From assembly GCF_964213995.1 (NCBI RefSeq), contig NW_027590121.1, forward strand, positions 186,001-250,000: a stretch of DNA of 64,000 bases. The letters are read 5' to 3'. How positions within the stretch are numbered: the stretch's first letter is position 1; the number at the start of each line of letters is the position of its first letter. The notes beneath the pieces are model-generated. The model did not search any database, was not told where the DNA came from, and worked only from the letters and a program-made list of their open reading frames with translations. A program made the translations under genes and the position numbers. Shown here piece after piece: positions 48,184 through 60,995 of the stretch. The stretch comes from Mustelus asterias (lineage: Eukaryota).

Positions 48184-48949
48184 GGTCACAATGTGATGAT
48201 GATATTCAGATAGCGATAAATTGGGTGACTCTGCTGGACCTGATGTGATGTTTGGTTTCAGTTTCCTGAAATTGAATAAAGGGAGTGTGAGAGAACCCAC
48301 AAAAATACAAAGGCAGGTTGTGACATTGAACTGAATAAATCTGGTAATTTGTAGGGCCGGCACTAGGAAAAAGTGACCATGAAAGCTGTTGGATTGTCTC
48401 CCTCAGGGAAGACACAAGTCACTGGTCGAGGGAGAGAGAGGGAGTTAATGCGGTGAAGGACCAAACTCTTTAAGCAACTTCAGATCACCTGCCCGAATAT
48501 CTCCTTCCGTGGCTCAGTGTGAAGTGTTGGTTTGAAATGTTAAAAGTGCGATATAAATAAATCTTGTTATTGATTTGGAAATATGTCGCCATTCCTTCAT
48601 CATCACTGTCTGAAAATCCTGTAACCCTCCCCCTCACCAAGCAGCGGTTCAAGATGATCAAACACCACCTTCTCCAAAGGTAACTGGGGATGGGGAATAT
48701 TTGCTGCTGATCTAGTTAATGACACCCAAATCACAAAAATAAATTTTAAAATATGTAAAATAGATTAAAAGCATTTATGGAAATGCTAGTTCCTGAAAGA
48801 ATGCTCTTTTCCTGTGTATGGACAGTGTCCGCTTAGCAACCCGATCTCCCCTCGGATTTACCTCCCCTGACAATTTCACACTGGAAATTGCTGTTAGCTA
48901 CTGGATACCAAAATCCTCGGGGTTAAACCCAGCAGCTTCTCCTCCATCC

Positions 48950-49840
48950 AGATGACACCAAGATTGGTGGCATAGTTGACAGTGAAGAAGGTCATCTAGG
49001 TTTGCAGCAGGATCTTGATCAATTGAACCAGTGGGCTGATGAATGGCAGGTGGAATTTAATTTAGATTAATGTGAGGTGATGCATTTTAGTAAATCGAAC
49101 GAGGGCAGGACTTACTCAGTTAACAGTAGGGTGTTGGGGAAAGTTATAGAACAAAGAGATCGGGGGGTACATGTTCATAGCTCTTTGAAAGTGGAGTCAC
49201 AGGTGGACAGAGTGGTGAAGAAGGCATTCAGCATGCTTGGTTTCATTGGTCAGAACATTGAATACAGGAGTTGGGACGTCATGTTGAAGTTGTACAAGAC
49301 ATTGGTAAGGCCACACTTGGAATATTGTGTACAAATCTGGTCACCCTATTATAGAAAGGATATTATTAAACGAGAAAGAGTGCAGAAAAGATTTACTAGG
49401 GTGTTACTGAGACTTGATGCTGGTTAGACTGGGACTTTTTTCCCTAGAGCGTAGGAGGCTGAGGAGTGATCTTATAGAGGTCTATAAAATAATGAGGGGC
49501 ATAGATCAGCTAGATAGTCAACATCTTTTCCCAAAGGTAGGGTAGTCTAAAAGTAGAGGGCGCAGGTTTAAGGTGAGAGTGGAGACTTACAAAAGGGTCC
49601 AGAGGGCCATTGTTTTCACACAGAGGGTGGTGAGTGTCTGGAACAAGCTGCCAGAGGCAGTATTGGAGTTGGGTACAATTTTATCTTTTAAAAAGCATTT
49701 AGACAGTTACATGGGTCAGATGGATGCAGAGGGATATGGGCCAATCACGGGCAGTTGAGACTAGCTTAGTGGCAAAAAAAGTGTGAATGGACAAGTTGGG
49801 CTGAAAGGCCTGTTTCCATGCTGTAAACCTCAATGACTTT
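48950..49840 (+). mobile_element. CR1 3' fragment
   Basis: DDTKIGG through LVRPHLEYC to the 3' UTR. Confidence 0.9.
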
Positions 49841-50576
49841 TATCTCCTCCCCACTCCAGCTCAGAACGAAGCAAAAGAAAAGGGAATTAGTCAAGCCACT
49901 GAAGGGAAAGGGAATGCTGGAATGTGATGTAAGGGCAGGGGAGTGGGACAAACTGATTTGTTCTTGCAGAATACCAGCATGGGCATGATGGGCTCAATGG
50001 CCTCCTTCTGTAGTGTAATCATTCCATGGCTGCATGAAAAATGACCTACGCAGGAGGTCAGGAACCAAACTCTGCAACTAACACCCACCCCGACACAAAT
50101 CAGCTCAAAATTAGTTCATAAAAGCAAAATACTGCAGATGCTGGAAATCGGAAATGAAAACAAAAAATCCTGGGAAACACAGAGCAGGTGTGGTGGCATC
50201 TGCAAAGAGAGAAACAGAGTTAACATTTCACATCTGTGAGACTCTTTAGAGCTAAAGAGAGGGAGAAATGTGATGGATTGTATAAAATAGAGGTGAAGCA
50301 GAGTAGAAGGTCAGTGATAGATGGGAGCTAGGAGAGATTGTAACAAGGATGTGTGGGACACAAGACAGAGGAAGCATTCAGGGCAGTGTGAAGGACTATG
50401 GAAGGTGCTAATAGTGTCATAAAGATAAAATAGCAGAATGTTAACAGGAGAAAAAAGGTCAGTCCTCAGTGAAAGCAAAACTTAAGAAGAAATGACCGAT
50501 GGCCCAGTGGTATTGGGTCAATTTTTTCTTGGATAAAATAAAACAGATCAAAACGGAGGAGGCAGTTCACAGTCTA

Positions 50577-50895
50577 AGGTGACGCAGTGGTTAGCACTGC
50601 TGCTTCACAGCGCCAGGGACCCGGGTTCAATTCCAGCCTCGGGTCGCTGTCTGTGCAGAGTTTCTACATTCTCCTCATGTCTGTGTGGGTTTCCTCCGGG
50701 TGTTCCGGTTTCCTGCCACAGTCCAAAGATGTGTGGGTCAGGTTGATTGGCCATGATAAATTGCCCCTAGTATCAGGGGGATTAGCACAGTAAATATGTG
50801 GGGTTACGGGAATAGGGCCTGGTTGGGATTGTGGTCGGTGCAGCTCGATGGGCTGAATGGCCTCCTGCACTGTAGGATTCTATGATAATTCTATG
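50577..50895 (+). mobile_element. HE1-like V-SINE
   Basis: Head, core and CR1-type tail. Confidence 0.9.
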
Positions 50896-51449
50896 AGTTT
50901 AGGAGGCTGTATTCGGAGCAACAAATACAGCAAATCAAATTGAAGGAGGTGCCAGTGAAATGTTGCTTCACCTGAAGGGAGTGTTTGGTGCAATGAGGAG
51001 AAAGGAGAGTAAAGGGGTCGGCGTTAAACTGTCTGAGATTACAAAGGAAGGTGCCATGGGAAAGGGATGAGGAAATGGGGATAATTCAGGAGTGGAGCAG
51101 GGTGTCACGGATTTCAAACATCAACTCTCTCTCTTCAGAGATGCTGCCACACCTTGGGCTTTTCCAGCCTTTTCTGCTTTTAGTCTTCATTGGTTCATTT
51201 CTGTTTTGAGATTTGGTTGTGAAAAACATTTGCAATAAAAGAAAATATTGTGGTTGCTGGAAATCAGCAATAACAAGAGCAAATGCAGGAAATACTCAGC
51301 AGTATCTGCAGAAAGAGAAAGAAGATTAATGGTTCAGGTTGGGCAGGATGAATTACAGGGAATAAAAATGCATCAGATTTTGTTGGTCAATATAAGCTCA
51401 GAAGTGGAAGGGAAATAATCTCCAGTGGAAGAGAAACAATTCCTCAACA

Positions 51450-54085
51450 GGAGGGGGAGTTGCACTTTTGATTAGGGAAAACATCACGGCAGTACTGAGA
51501 GGGGATATATCCGAAGGTTCAGCCACTGAGTCTATATGGGTAGAACTGAGAAATAAGAAGGGGGAAATCACTTTGATAGGGTTGTACTATAGGCCCCCAA
51601 ACAGTCAGCGGGAAATTGAGGAGCAAATATGTAAGGAGATTACAGATAGCTCCAAGAACAATAGGGCGATAATAGTAGACGATTTTAACTTTCCCAACGT
51701 TGACTGGGACAGCCATTGTATTAGAGGGTTGGATGGAGAGAGATTTGTTGAGTGTATTCAGGAGGAATTTCTCATTCAGTATGTGGATGGCCTGACTACA
51801 GAGGGAGCAAAACCTGACCTCCTCTTGGGAAATAAGGAAGGGCAGGTGACAGAAGTGTTAGTGAGGGATCACTTTGGACCAGTGACCATAATTCCATTAG
51901 TTTTAAGATAGCTATGGAGAATGATAGGTCTGGCCCAAAAGTTAAAATTCTAAATTGGGGCAAAGCCAATTTTGATGGTATTCGACAGGAACTTTCAAAA
52001 GTTAATTGGGGGAGTCTGTGGGGAGGCAAAGTGACGTCTGGTAATTGGGAGGCTTTCAAAAGTGTGTTGACCATGGTTCAGGGTAAGCACATTCCTCTTA
52101 GACTGAAGGGCAAGGTTGGTAGAAGTAGGGAATCCTGGATGACTCGGGATATTGAGGCCCTGGTCAAGAAGAAGGAGGAGGCACATGACATGCATACGCA
52201 GTAAATCCCTTGAAGGGTATTGGGGGTGAAGGAGTAAAGTTAAGAGAGAAATCAGGAGGGCAAAAAAGGGACACGAGATTGTTTAGGCAGAGAAGGCAAA
52301 GGAAAATCCAAAGAGCTTCTACAAATAAATAAAGGCCAAAAGAATAACTAGGGAGAGAGTAGGGTCTCTTAAGGATCAACAAGGCCATCTATGTGTGGGT
52401 CCAAAAGAGATGGGTGAGAACCTAAATGAATATTTGTCCTCAGTATTTACTGTTGAGACAAGCATGGGACGTTAGGGAATTGGGGAAATAAATAGTGATA
52501 TTTTTGAGCAGTGTACATATTACAGAGAAGGAGGTGCTGGAAGTCTTAAAGTGCATCAAGGTAGATAAATCCCCGGGACCTGATGAAGTGTATCCCAGGA
52601 CTTTGTGGGAGGCTAGGGAGGAAATTGAGGGTCCCCGAGCAGAGATATTTAAATCATCGATAGTCACAGGTGAGGTACCTGAAGATTGGAGGGTGACAAA
52701 TGTTGTGCCTTTGTTTAAAAAGGGCTGCAGGGAAAAGCCTGGGAACTACAGGCCAGTGAGCCTCACATCTGTGGTGGGTAAGTTGTTGGAAGGTATTTTG
52801 AGAGACAGGATCTACAGGCATTCAGAGACTCAAGGACTGATTAGGGACAGTCAGCATGGCTTTGTGAGTGGAAAATCATGTCTCACAAAGTTGATTGAGT
52901 TGTTTGAAGGTGTTTATGTTGTCTACATGGACTTTAGCAAGGCCTTTGACAAGGTACCGCATGGTAGGTTGTTGCATAAGGTTACGTCTCACGGGATCCA
53001 GGGTGAGGTAGCTCATTGGATACAAAATTGGCTTGATGACAGAAGACAGAGGTGGTTGTAGAGGGTTGTTTTTCAAACTGGAGACCTGTGACCAGCCTCA
53101 GGGATCAGTGCTGGGCCCACTGTTATTTGTCATTTATATTAATGATTTGGATGAGAATATAGGAGGCATGGTTAGTAAGTTTGCAGATGACACCAAGTTT
53201 GGTGGCATAGTGGACAGTGAAGGTTATCTCGGATTGCAACGGGATCTTGATCGATTGGGCCAGTGGGCTGACGAATGGTAGATGGAGTTTAATTTAGATA
53301 AATGTGAAGCGATGCATTTTGATAGGTTGAACCAGGGCAGGACTTACTCAGTTAATGGCAGGGTGTTGGGGAGAGTGACAGAGAAAGAGATCTGGGGGTA
53401 CATGTTCATAGCTCCTTGAAAGTGGAGTCACAGGTGGACAGAGTGGTGAAGAAGGCATTCAGCATGCTTGGTTTCATTGGTCAGAACATTGAATACAGGA
53501 GTCTTGTTGAAGTTGTACAAGACATTGGTAAGGCCACACTTGGAATACTATGTACAGTTCTGGTCAACCTGTTATAGAAAGGATATTATTAAACTAGAAA
53601 GAGTACAGAAAAGATTTACTAGGATGCTACCAGGACTTGATAGTTTGAGTTATAAGGAGAGGCTGGATAGACTGGGACTTTTTTCTCTGGAGTGTAGAAG
53701 GCTGAGGGGTGATCTTACAGACGTCTATAAAATAGAGGGGCACAGATCAGCTAGATAGTCTATTGCTTTTCCCAAAGGTAGGGGGGTCTAAAACTAGAGG
53801 GCATAGGTTTAAGGTGAGGGGGGAGAGATACAAAAGGGTCCAGAGGGGCAATTTTTTCACACACAGAGGGTGGTAAGTATCTGAAACAAGCTGCCAGAGG
53901 TGGTAGTAGAGGCGGGTACAATTTTGTCTTTGAAAAAGCGTTCAGACAGTTACATGGGTAAGAGGGTACAGAGGGATATGGGCCAAACGCGGGCAATTGG
54001 GACTAGCTTAGGGGTTTAAAAAAAAGGGTGGCATGTTGGGCCGAAGGGCCTGTTTCCATGCTGTAAACCTCTATGACACTATAAC
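51450..54085 (+). mobile_element. Degraded CR1 ORF2 (endonuclease to 3' end)
   Basis: YYRPP, DFNFP, KSPGPD, NYRPVSLTS, DFSKAFDKV, FADD; many frameshifts. Confidence 0.9.
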
Positions 54086-54274
54086 ATTTTAAGACTTAGC
54101 TGGTAAATCAGCAGTGAATAGAGTTGTGAAGCAGTAGAAACAAGACATAACTTGTGGAAATAACAGTTAAAATACACCCAATAATTAGAGGCAGAGGGAA
54201 TTAGACAATGGCAGGGAACTGATCAGGTAGATTAGAGGTGAAACAGCGAAATGGATAGCTGGTTAAAAATTCAT

Positions 54275-55232
54275 TCATGGATGTACAAAGCATGGTTAGT
54301 AAATTTGCAGACGATACTAAATTAGGAGCTGATAGCGAAGAAAGTTATCAAAAATTACAGGGGGATCTTGATCAGTTAGGGAAGTGGGCCGAGAATTGGC
54401 AGATGGATTTCAGTACAGACAAGTGTGAGTGTTGCATTTTGGAAAGTCAAACCAGGGTAGGACTTATACAGTGAATGGTAAGGCCCTGGGGAGTGTTGAG
54501 GAACAGAGGGACCCAGGAGTACAGAGGAACCCAGGAGTACAAGTACATAGTTCGTTGAATGTGGCATCACAGGTAGACAGAGTGGTGAGGAAGGCATTTA
54601 GCACACCGGCCTTCATCAGTCAGGGCACTGAATATTGGAGTTGGGACATTATGTTACAGTTGTATAAGTCACTGGTGAGGCCGCACTTGGAGTATTGTGT
54701 ACAGTTTTTGTAACACTTTTATAGGAAAGACATTGATAAACTGGAAAGAGTGCAAAGAAGATTTATGAGAATCTTGCCAGGACTAATGGGCCCGAGTGAT
54801 CGCGAGGCGTTGGACAGGTAAGGGCTTTATTCCTTCGAACGTAGGAGAATGTGGGGTGACTATATTGAGGTGTATTAAATCATGGGGGGCATAGATAGGA
54901 TGAACCCACATAGTCTTTTTGCCAGGGTAGGGCAATTGAAAACTAGAGGGCAAAGGTTTAAGGTGAGAGGGGAAAGATTTAAAAGGGACCCAAGGGACAA
55001 CTTCTTCACGCAGAGGATGGTGTGTGTATGGAATGAGCTGCCAGAGAAAGTGGTTGAGGCAGGTTTAATAGCAACATTTAAAAAGCATTTGGAGAAGTAC
55101 ATGGATTGGAAAGGATTAGAGGGAAATGGGTCAAACACGGGCAATTGAAACTAGCTGGGAGGGCACCATGGTTGGCATGGATCAGTTGGGCTGAAGGGCC
55201 TGTTTCCATGCGTATTGTTCTATGACTCTATG
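54275..55232 (+). mobile_element. CR1 3' fragment
   Basis: KFADDTK, LVRPHLEYC, FFTQRMV. Confidence 0.9.
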
Positions 55233-55689
55233 TGCTGGCTGCGTCAGCATCTATTGCCCATAACTCATTGCCCTTGAACTGAGTGGCTTGCATTGCTGGG
55301 GGATGTGGTAATTTCCTTCTTTAAAGGACATTATTAAATCAGATGGATTTTCATGACAATTGTCATCAATGGACTTCTAATTCTAGATTTTTACTGAATT
55401 CAAATTGCAACATCTGCAGTTGTGGGATTCGAACCCAGGGTTCACAGTGCATTGCCCTGGATCCCTGTATTACTAATCCAATGAAACTATCTCTGCGCCA
55501 TTGCCTCCCCATCCATGGTAAAGGAGTCAGCCTGAGATCCATAGAATCAGAGAATGCACTAAATTTAATTAATGTCCAGTAACACTCACCCCAAAATAAT
55601 TTCACTGTTTTCACATTTTAAATCTCCTGCTGGAGTCTGCAGCTGCAAAGATCTCAGAGAATTGGTGTCCGGGGAAAAATGTTGAAATC

Positions 55690-55870
55690 TTCAAATCTTC
55701 TCCCTGTAAATGACAGAAGTTATAGATGTAATTCAAGGTGAGAAATTCAGGACAGACAAACATTTCTTTTGGTCTGAGTTTCTTGTGTGTAAATCCTCCC
55801 CTTCTAACCTCCTGTAAAAGGAGTTTCCAAGATCCATCAGCATCTGTCCAGAACAGAAATTCAAAACATT
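55690..55870 (-). other. ZNF-family acceptor/non-coding exon, possibly an upstream exon of ZNF-G
   Basis: AAATCCTCCCCTTCTAACCTCCTGTAAAAGGAGTTT homologous to 23295-23330. Confidence 0.5.
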
Positions 55871-56060
55871 CTCTCCTCCTTTAACCTGGCACAGAATTAC
55901 TTCAGCTGGGACAAAATTGCAGTGGAAACAGTTCAGAGAAGATTCAGTTGGTTGATTCCTGAAATGAGGAGTTTTATCTTTCAGGTTGAGCAGTTTGGGC
56001 CTGTACTCTTTGGAGTTTAGAAGACTGAGAAGTAATCCTATTGAAATATCTGGGAATTTA

Positions 56061-56366
56061 AGGGCGGCACGGTGGTTAGCACTGCTGCCTCACAGCGCCA
56101 GGGTCCCAGGTTCAATTCCGGCCTTGGGTCACTGTCTGTGTGGAGTTTGCACATTTTCTGTGCACTGTCTGTGTGGGTTTCCTCCAGGTGCTCTGGTTTC
56201 CTCCCACAGTCCAAAGACTGTGGTTCGGTGGATTGGCTATGCTAAATTGACCCTCGTGTCAAATGCATGGGGTTGTGGGAATGGGGCTTGGGTGGGATTG
56301 TGGTCGGCACAGACTCGATGGGCCAAATGGCCTCCTTCTGCACTGTAGGGATTCTGTGATTCATAT
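56061..56366 (+). mobile_element. HE1-like V-SINE nested in a CR1 fragment (about 55920-56680)
   Basis: Full head, core and tail; flanks encode LGLYSLEFRRLR. Confidence 0.85.
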
Positions 56367-56689
56367 GATATAAGGTGCTTGACAAGGTAGATGCTGAGAG
56401 GATGTTTCCTCAGGTGTGGGAATCAAGTAAAAATAAAGGATCTCAAATTTAAGATTAAGATGAAGAGAGATCTTTTCTCTCAGCGGGTTGTTGATCTTTG
56501 GAACTCTGTCTTCACCAGTGAGGATTGGGGGCAGGTCATTGAATATATTCAAAGCTGAGGTTTTGATCCACAAGAGAGTTAAGGGTATGGACGGGCTGGG
56601 GGTAGCAAAGTAGACATGATCTTATTGAATGATGCAGCAGGCTCGATGGGCCAAATGACGGGCTCCTGTTTCGAATTCTTATTCCGATG

Positions 56690-57090
56690 TTCTTGGATAG
56701 CTGCGCATGCGCCCTGCTCCCTATTGTCCCTCTGAAGATAGAGGTTCTGAACCAGCCCCCGAAACCACGCCCATTGTGACCCGTCACAGACAGCAGCGCA
56801 TGTGCCCTCCTTCCCCGCTGAAACAAGATGGCGGCCGATAACCGGGGCCTGTTCCCGAGATAAAAGCCTGGGAGCTGTAAACCCGGGACCTGCAGGGTCT
56901 GATTCGGGCCGTGCAGCCTACAGCGGATGTTTGTGAAGCCTCCGCTCGCTCCCTCCCTACCCCAACTCCCGGCTCCACTTCTCCCGCAGCCCAACCGACT
57001 CACCCACTGAAAAAAGCGTCTCCCGCATTCAGGACTCTGAGCAGTGACACTGCGCATGCCCCAGATACAGCACTGCGCCTGCGCAATAGG
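56690..57090 (-). promoter_or_regulatory. CpG promoter cassette, candidate ZNF-G promoter
   Basis: TGCGCATGCGC, CAAGATGGCGGC (YY1), TGCGCCTGCGCA; homologous to 23600-23915. Confidence 0.65.
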
Positions 57091-57247
57091 CTCCTGTGGA
57101 ATGACTATAGAACATAGAACATTACAGCGCAGTACAGGCCCTTCGGCCCTCAATGTTGCACCGACCTGTGAAACGAATCTAAACCCATCCAACCTACACT
57201 ATTCCAATCTCATCCATATGTTTATCCAATGACCCTTTAAATGCCCT

Positions 57248-60022
57248 TCATGTTGACGAGTCCACTACTGTTGCAGGCAGGGCATTCCACACCCTTACTA
57301 CTCTCTGAGTAAAGAACCTACCTCTGACATCTGATCTATATCTATCACCCCTCAATTTAAAGCTATGCCCCCTCGTGCTAGCCATCATCATCCGAGGAAA
57401 AAGGCTTACACTGTCCAACTTATCTAATCCTCTGATCATCTTGAATGCCTCTATTAAGTCACCTCTTAAACTTCTTCTCTCCAACGAAAAAAGCCTCAAG
57501 TCACTCAGCCTTTCCTCATAAGACCTTCCCACCATACCAGGCAACATCCTGGTAAATCTCCTCTGCACCCTTTCCAATGCTTCCACATCCTTCCTATAAT
57601 GCGGCGACCAGAACTGTACGCAATAGTCCAAGTGCGGCCGCACCAGAGTTTTGTACAGCTGCAACATGACAGCATGGCTCCGAAACTCAATCCCTCTTCT
57701 AATAAAAGCTAACACACTGTACGCCTTCTTAGCAACCCTATCAATCTGGGTGCCAACTTTCAGGGATCTATGCACATGGACATCGAGATCTCTCTGCTCA
57801 TCCACACTACCAAGTATCTTACCATTAGCCCAGTACTCTGTATTCCTGTTACTCCTTCCAAAGTGAATCACCTCACACTTTTCCACATTAAACTCCATTT
57901 GCCACCTCTCAGCCCAGCACTGCAGCTTATCTATGTCCCTCTGTAACCTGCAACATCCTTCCACACTGTCCTCAACTCCACCGACTTTAGTGTCATCCGC
58001 AAATTTACTAACCCATCCTTCTACGCCCTCATCCAGACCATTTATAAAAATGACAAACAAAAGTGGCCCCAAAACAGATCCTTGCGGTACACTAGTAACT
58101 GAACTCCAGGATGAACATTTCCCATCAACCACCACCCTCTGTCTTCTTACAGCTCGCCAATTTCTGATCCAAATCTCAAAATCACCCTCAATCCCATGCC
58201 TCCGTATTTTCTGCAATAGCCTACCGTGGGGAACTTTATCAAATGCTTTACTTAAATCCATAAACACCACATCAACTGCTTTACCCTCATCCACCTCTTT
58301 GGTCACCTTCTCAAAGAACTCAATAAGGTTTGTGAAGCACGAACTTCCCTTCACAAAACCGTGCTGACTATCCCTAATCAAATTATTAATTTCGAGATGA
58401 TTATAAATCCTATCTCTTATAATCCTTTCCAAAACTTTGCCCACAACAGAAGTAAGGCTCACTGGTCTATAATTACCAGGGTTGTCTCTACTCCCCTTCT
58501 TGAACAAGGGGACAACATTTGCTATTCTCCAGTCTTCTGGCACTATTCCTGTAGACAATGACATAAAAATCAAAGCCAAAGGCTCTGCAATCTCCTCCCT
58601 AGCTTCCCAGCGAATGCTAGGATAAATCCCATCCGGCCCAGGGGACTTATCTATTTTCACACTTTCCAGAATTGCTAACATCTCCTCCTTATGAACCTCA
58701 ATCCCGTCTAGTCCAATAGCCTGTATCTCAGTATTCTCTTCGACAACATTGTCTTTTTCCTGTGTGAATACTGACGAAAAATATTCATTTAGCGCCTCGC
58801 CTATCTCTTCAGACTCCACGCACAACTTCCCACTACTGTCCTTGACTGGCCCTAATCTTACCCTAGTCATTCTTTTATTCCTGACATACCTGTAGAAAGC
58901 GTTAGGATTTTCCTTGATCCTACCTGCCAAAGACTTCTCATGTCCCCTCCTGGCTCTTCTTAGCTCTCTCTTCAGCTCCTTCCTGGCAAACTTGTAACTC
59001 TCAAGCGCCCTTACTGAGCCTTCACGTCTCATCTTTACATAAGTCTCCTTCTTCCTCTTCACAAGAGATTCAACTTCTTTAGTAAACCACGGTTCCCCCG
59101 CTCGACCACTACCTCCTTGCCTGACAGGTACATACTTATCAAGGACACGCAGTAGCTGTTCATTGAACAAGCTCCACATTTCAATTGTGCCCATCCCCTA
59201 CAGATTTCTTCCCCATCCTGTGCATCCTAAATCTCGCCTAATCGCATCATAATTTCCTTTCCCCCAGCTATAATACTTGCCCTGCGGTGTATACCTATCC
59301 CTTTCCATTGCTAAAGTAAACGTAACCGAATTGTGGTCACTATCACCAAAGTGTTCACCTACCTCCAAATCTAACACCTGGCCTGGTTCATTACCCAGTA
59401 CCAAATCCAATGTGGCCTCGCCTCTTGTTGGTCTATCTACATACTGTGTCAGCAAACCCTCCTGCACACATTGGACAAAAACTGACCCATCTAAAGTACT
59501 CGAACTATAGCATTTCCAGTCAATATTTGTAAAGTTAAAGTCCCCCATAACAACTGCCCTGTTACTTTCGCTCCTATCCAGAATCATCTTTGCAATCTTT
59601 TCCTCTACATCTCTGGAACATTTCGGAGACCTATAGAAAACTCCCATCAGGGTGACCTCTCCTTTCCTGTTTCTAACCTCAGCCCATACTACCTCAGTAG
59701 ACGAGTCCTCATCAAACATCCTTTCTGCCACCGTAATACTGTCCTTGACTAACAATGCCGCACCTCCTCCTCTTTTACCACCTTCCCTGATCTTACTGAA
59801 ACATCTAAACCCCGGAACCTGCAACAACCATTCCTGTCCCTGCTCTATCCATGTCCCCGAAATGGCCACAACATCGAAGTCCCAGGTACCAGCCCATGCT
59901 GCAAGTTCACCCACGTTATTCCGGATGCTCCTGGCATTGAAGTAGACACACTTCAAAGCACCTTCCTGCCTGCCGGTACACTCCTGCGACCTTGAAATCT
60001 TATTCATCACCTCACCACTCAC
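57248..60022 (-). pseudogene. CR1 ORF2 (APE and RT) with in-frame TAG at 59198-59200 and an early stop near the C-terminus
   Basis: ORFs 59198-60022 and 57248-59194 are in the same frame. Confidence 0.9.
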
Positions 60023-60071
60023 TCCTCCTGTACACTGGAGCAGAAATCCAGGTTCCCACCCCCCTGCCGAA

Positions 60072-60995
60072 TTAGTTTAAACCCTCCCGAAGAGCATTAG
60101 CAAATTTCCCCCCCAGGATATTAGTACCCCTCTGGTCCAGGTGAAGACCATCCCGTTTGTAGAGGTCCCACCTACCCCAGAATGAGCGCCAATTATCCAG
60201 GTATCTAAATCCTTCCCTCCTGCACCATTCCTGTAGCCACGTGTTCAACTGCTCTCTCTCCCTATTCCTCTCCTCACTAGCACGTGGCACGGGTAACAAA
60301 CCAGAGATAACAACTCTATTTGTTCTCGCTCTAAGCTTCCACCCTAACTCCCTGAATTTCTGCCTTACATCCCCATCTCTTTTCCTACCTATGTCATTGG
60401 TGCCTGTGTGGACCACAATTTGGGGCTGGTCCCCTTCCCCCTTAAGGATCTTGAAAACACGATCCGAGACATCAAAGACCCTGGCACCTGGGAGGCAACA
60501 CACCAGCCGCGAGTCCCTCTCGCTCTCACAGAATCTCCGATCTGTCCCCCTAACTATGCAGTTCCCAATGACTAATGCTCTACTCCTCCCCCCCTTTCCC
60601 TTCTGAGCAACAGGGACAGACTCTGTGCCAGAGACCTGTACCCCATGGCTTACCCCTGGTAAGTCGCCCACCCCAACAGGATCCAAAACGGTATACTTGT
60701 TATACAGAGGAACGGCCACAGGGGATCGCTGCACTGTCTGCTTCTTACCCTTTCTAACAGTCACCCAAGTATCCTCATTCCTAGGAGTATGAACCTCCCT
60801 GTAGCTTTTATCTATAACTGTCTCTGCCTCCCAAATGATCCTGAGTTCATCCAGTTCCAACTCCAGATCCCTAACACAGTCTTCAAGGAGCTGGAATTGG
60901 GTGCACTTCCTGCAGGTGTACTCAGCTGGGACACTAATGGTGTCCCTCACCTCACACATCCCACAGGAGGAACATTGCACTGCCTGCACTGACAT
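60072..60995 (-). CDS. CR1 ORF1p (Cys zinc finger, leucine zipper, SGNH esterase), 307 aa
   Basis: CSSC...CRKC, heptad leucines, HTGTND, DGLHL. Confidence 0.9.
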   Translation of the reverse strand: MSVQAVQCSSCGMCEVRDTISVPAEYTCRKCTQFQLLEDCVRDLELELDELRIIWEAETVIDKSYREVHTPRNEDTWVTVRKGKKQTVQRSPVAVPLYNKYTVLDPVGVGDLPGVSHGVQVSGTESVPVAQKGKGGRSRALVIGNCIVRGTDRRFCESERDSRLVCCLPGARVFDVSDRVFKILKGEGDQPQIVVHTGTNDIGRKRDGDVRQKFRELGWKLRARTNRVVISGLLPVPRASEERNREREQLNTWLQEWCRREGFRYLDNWRSFWGRWDLYKRDGLHLDQRGTNILGGKFANALREGLN

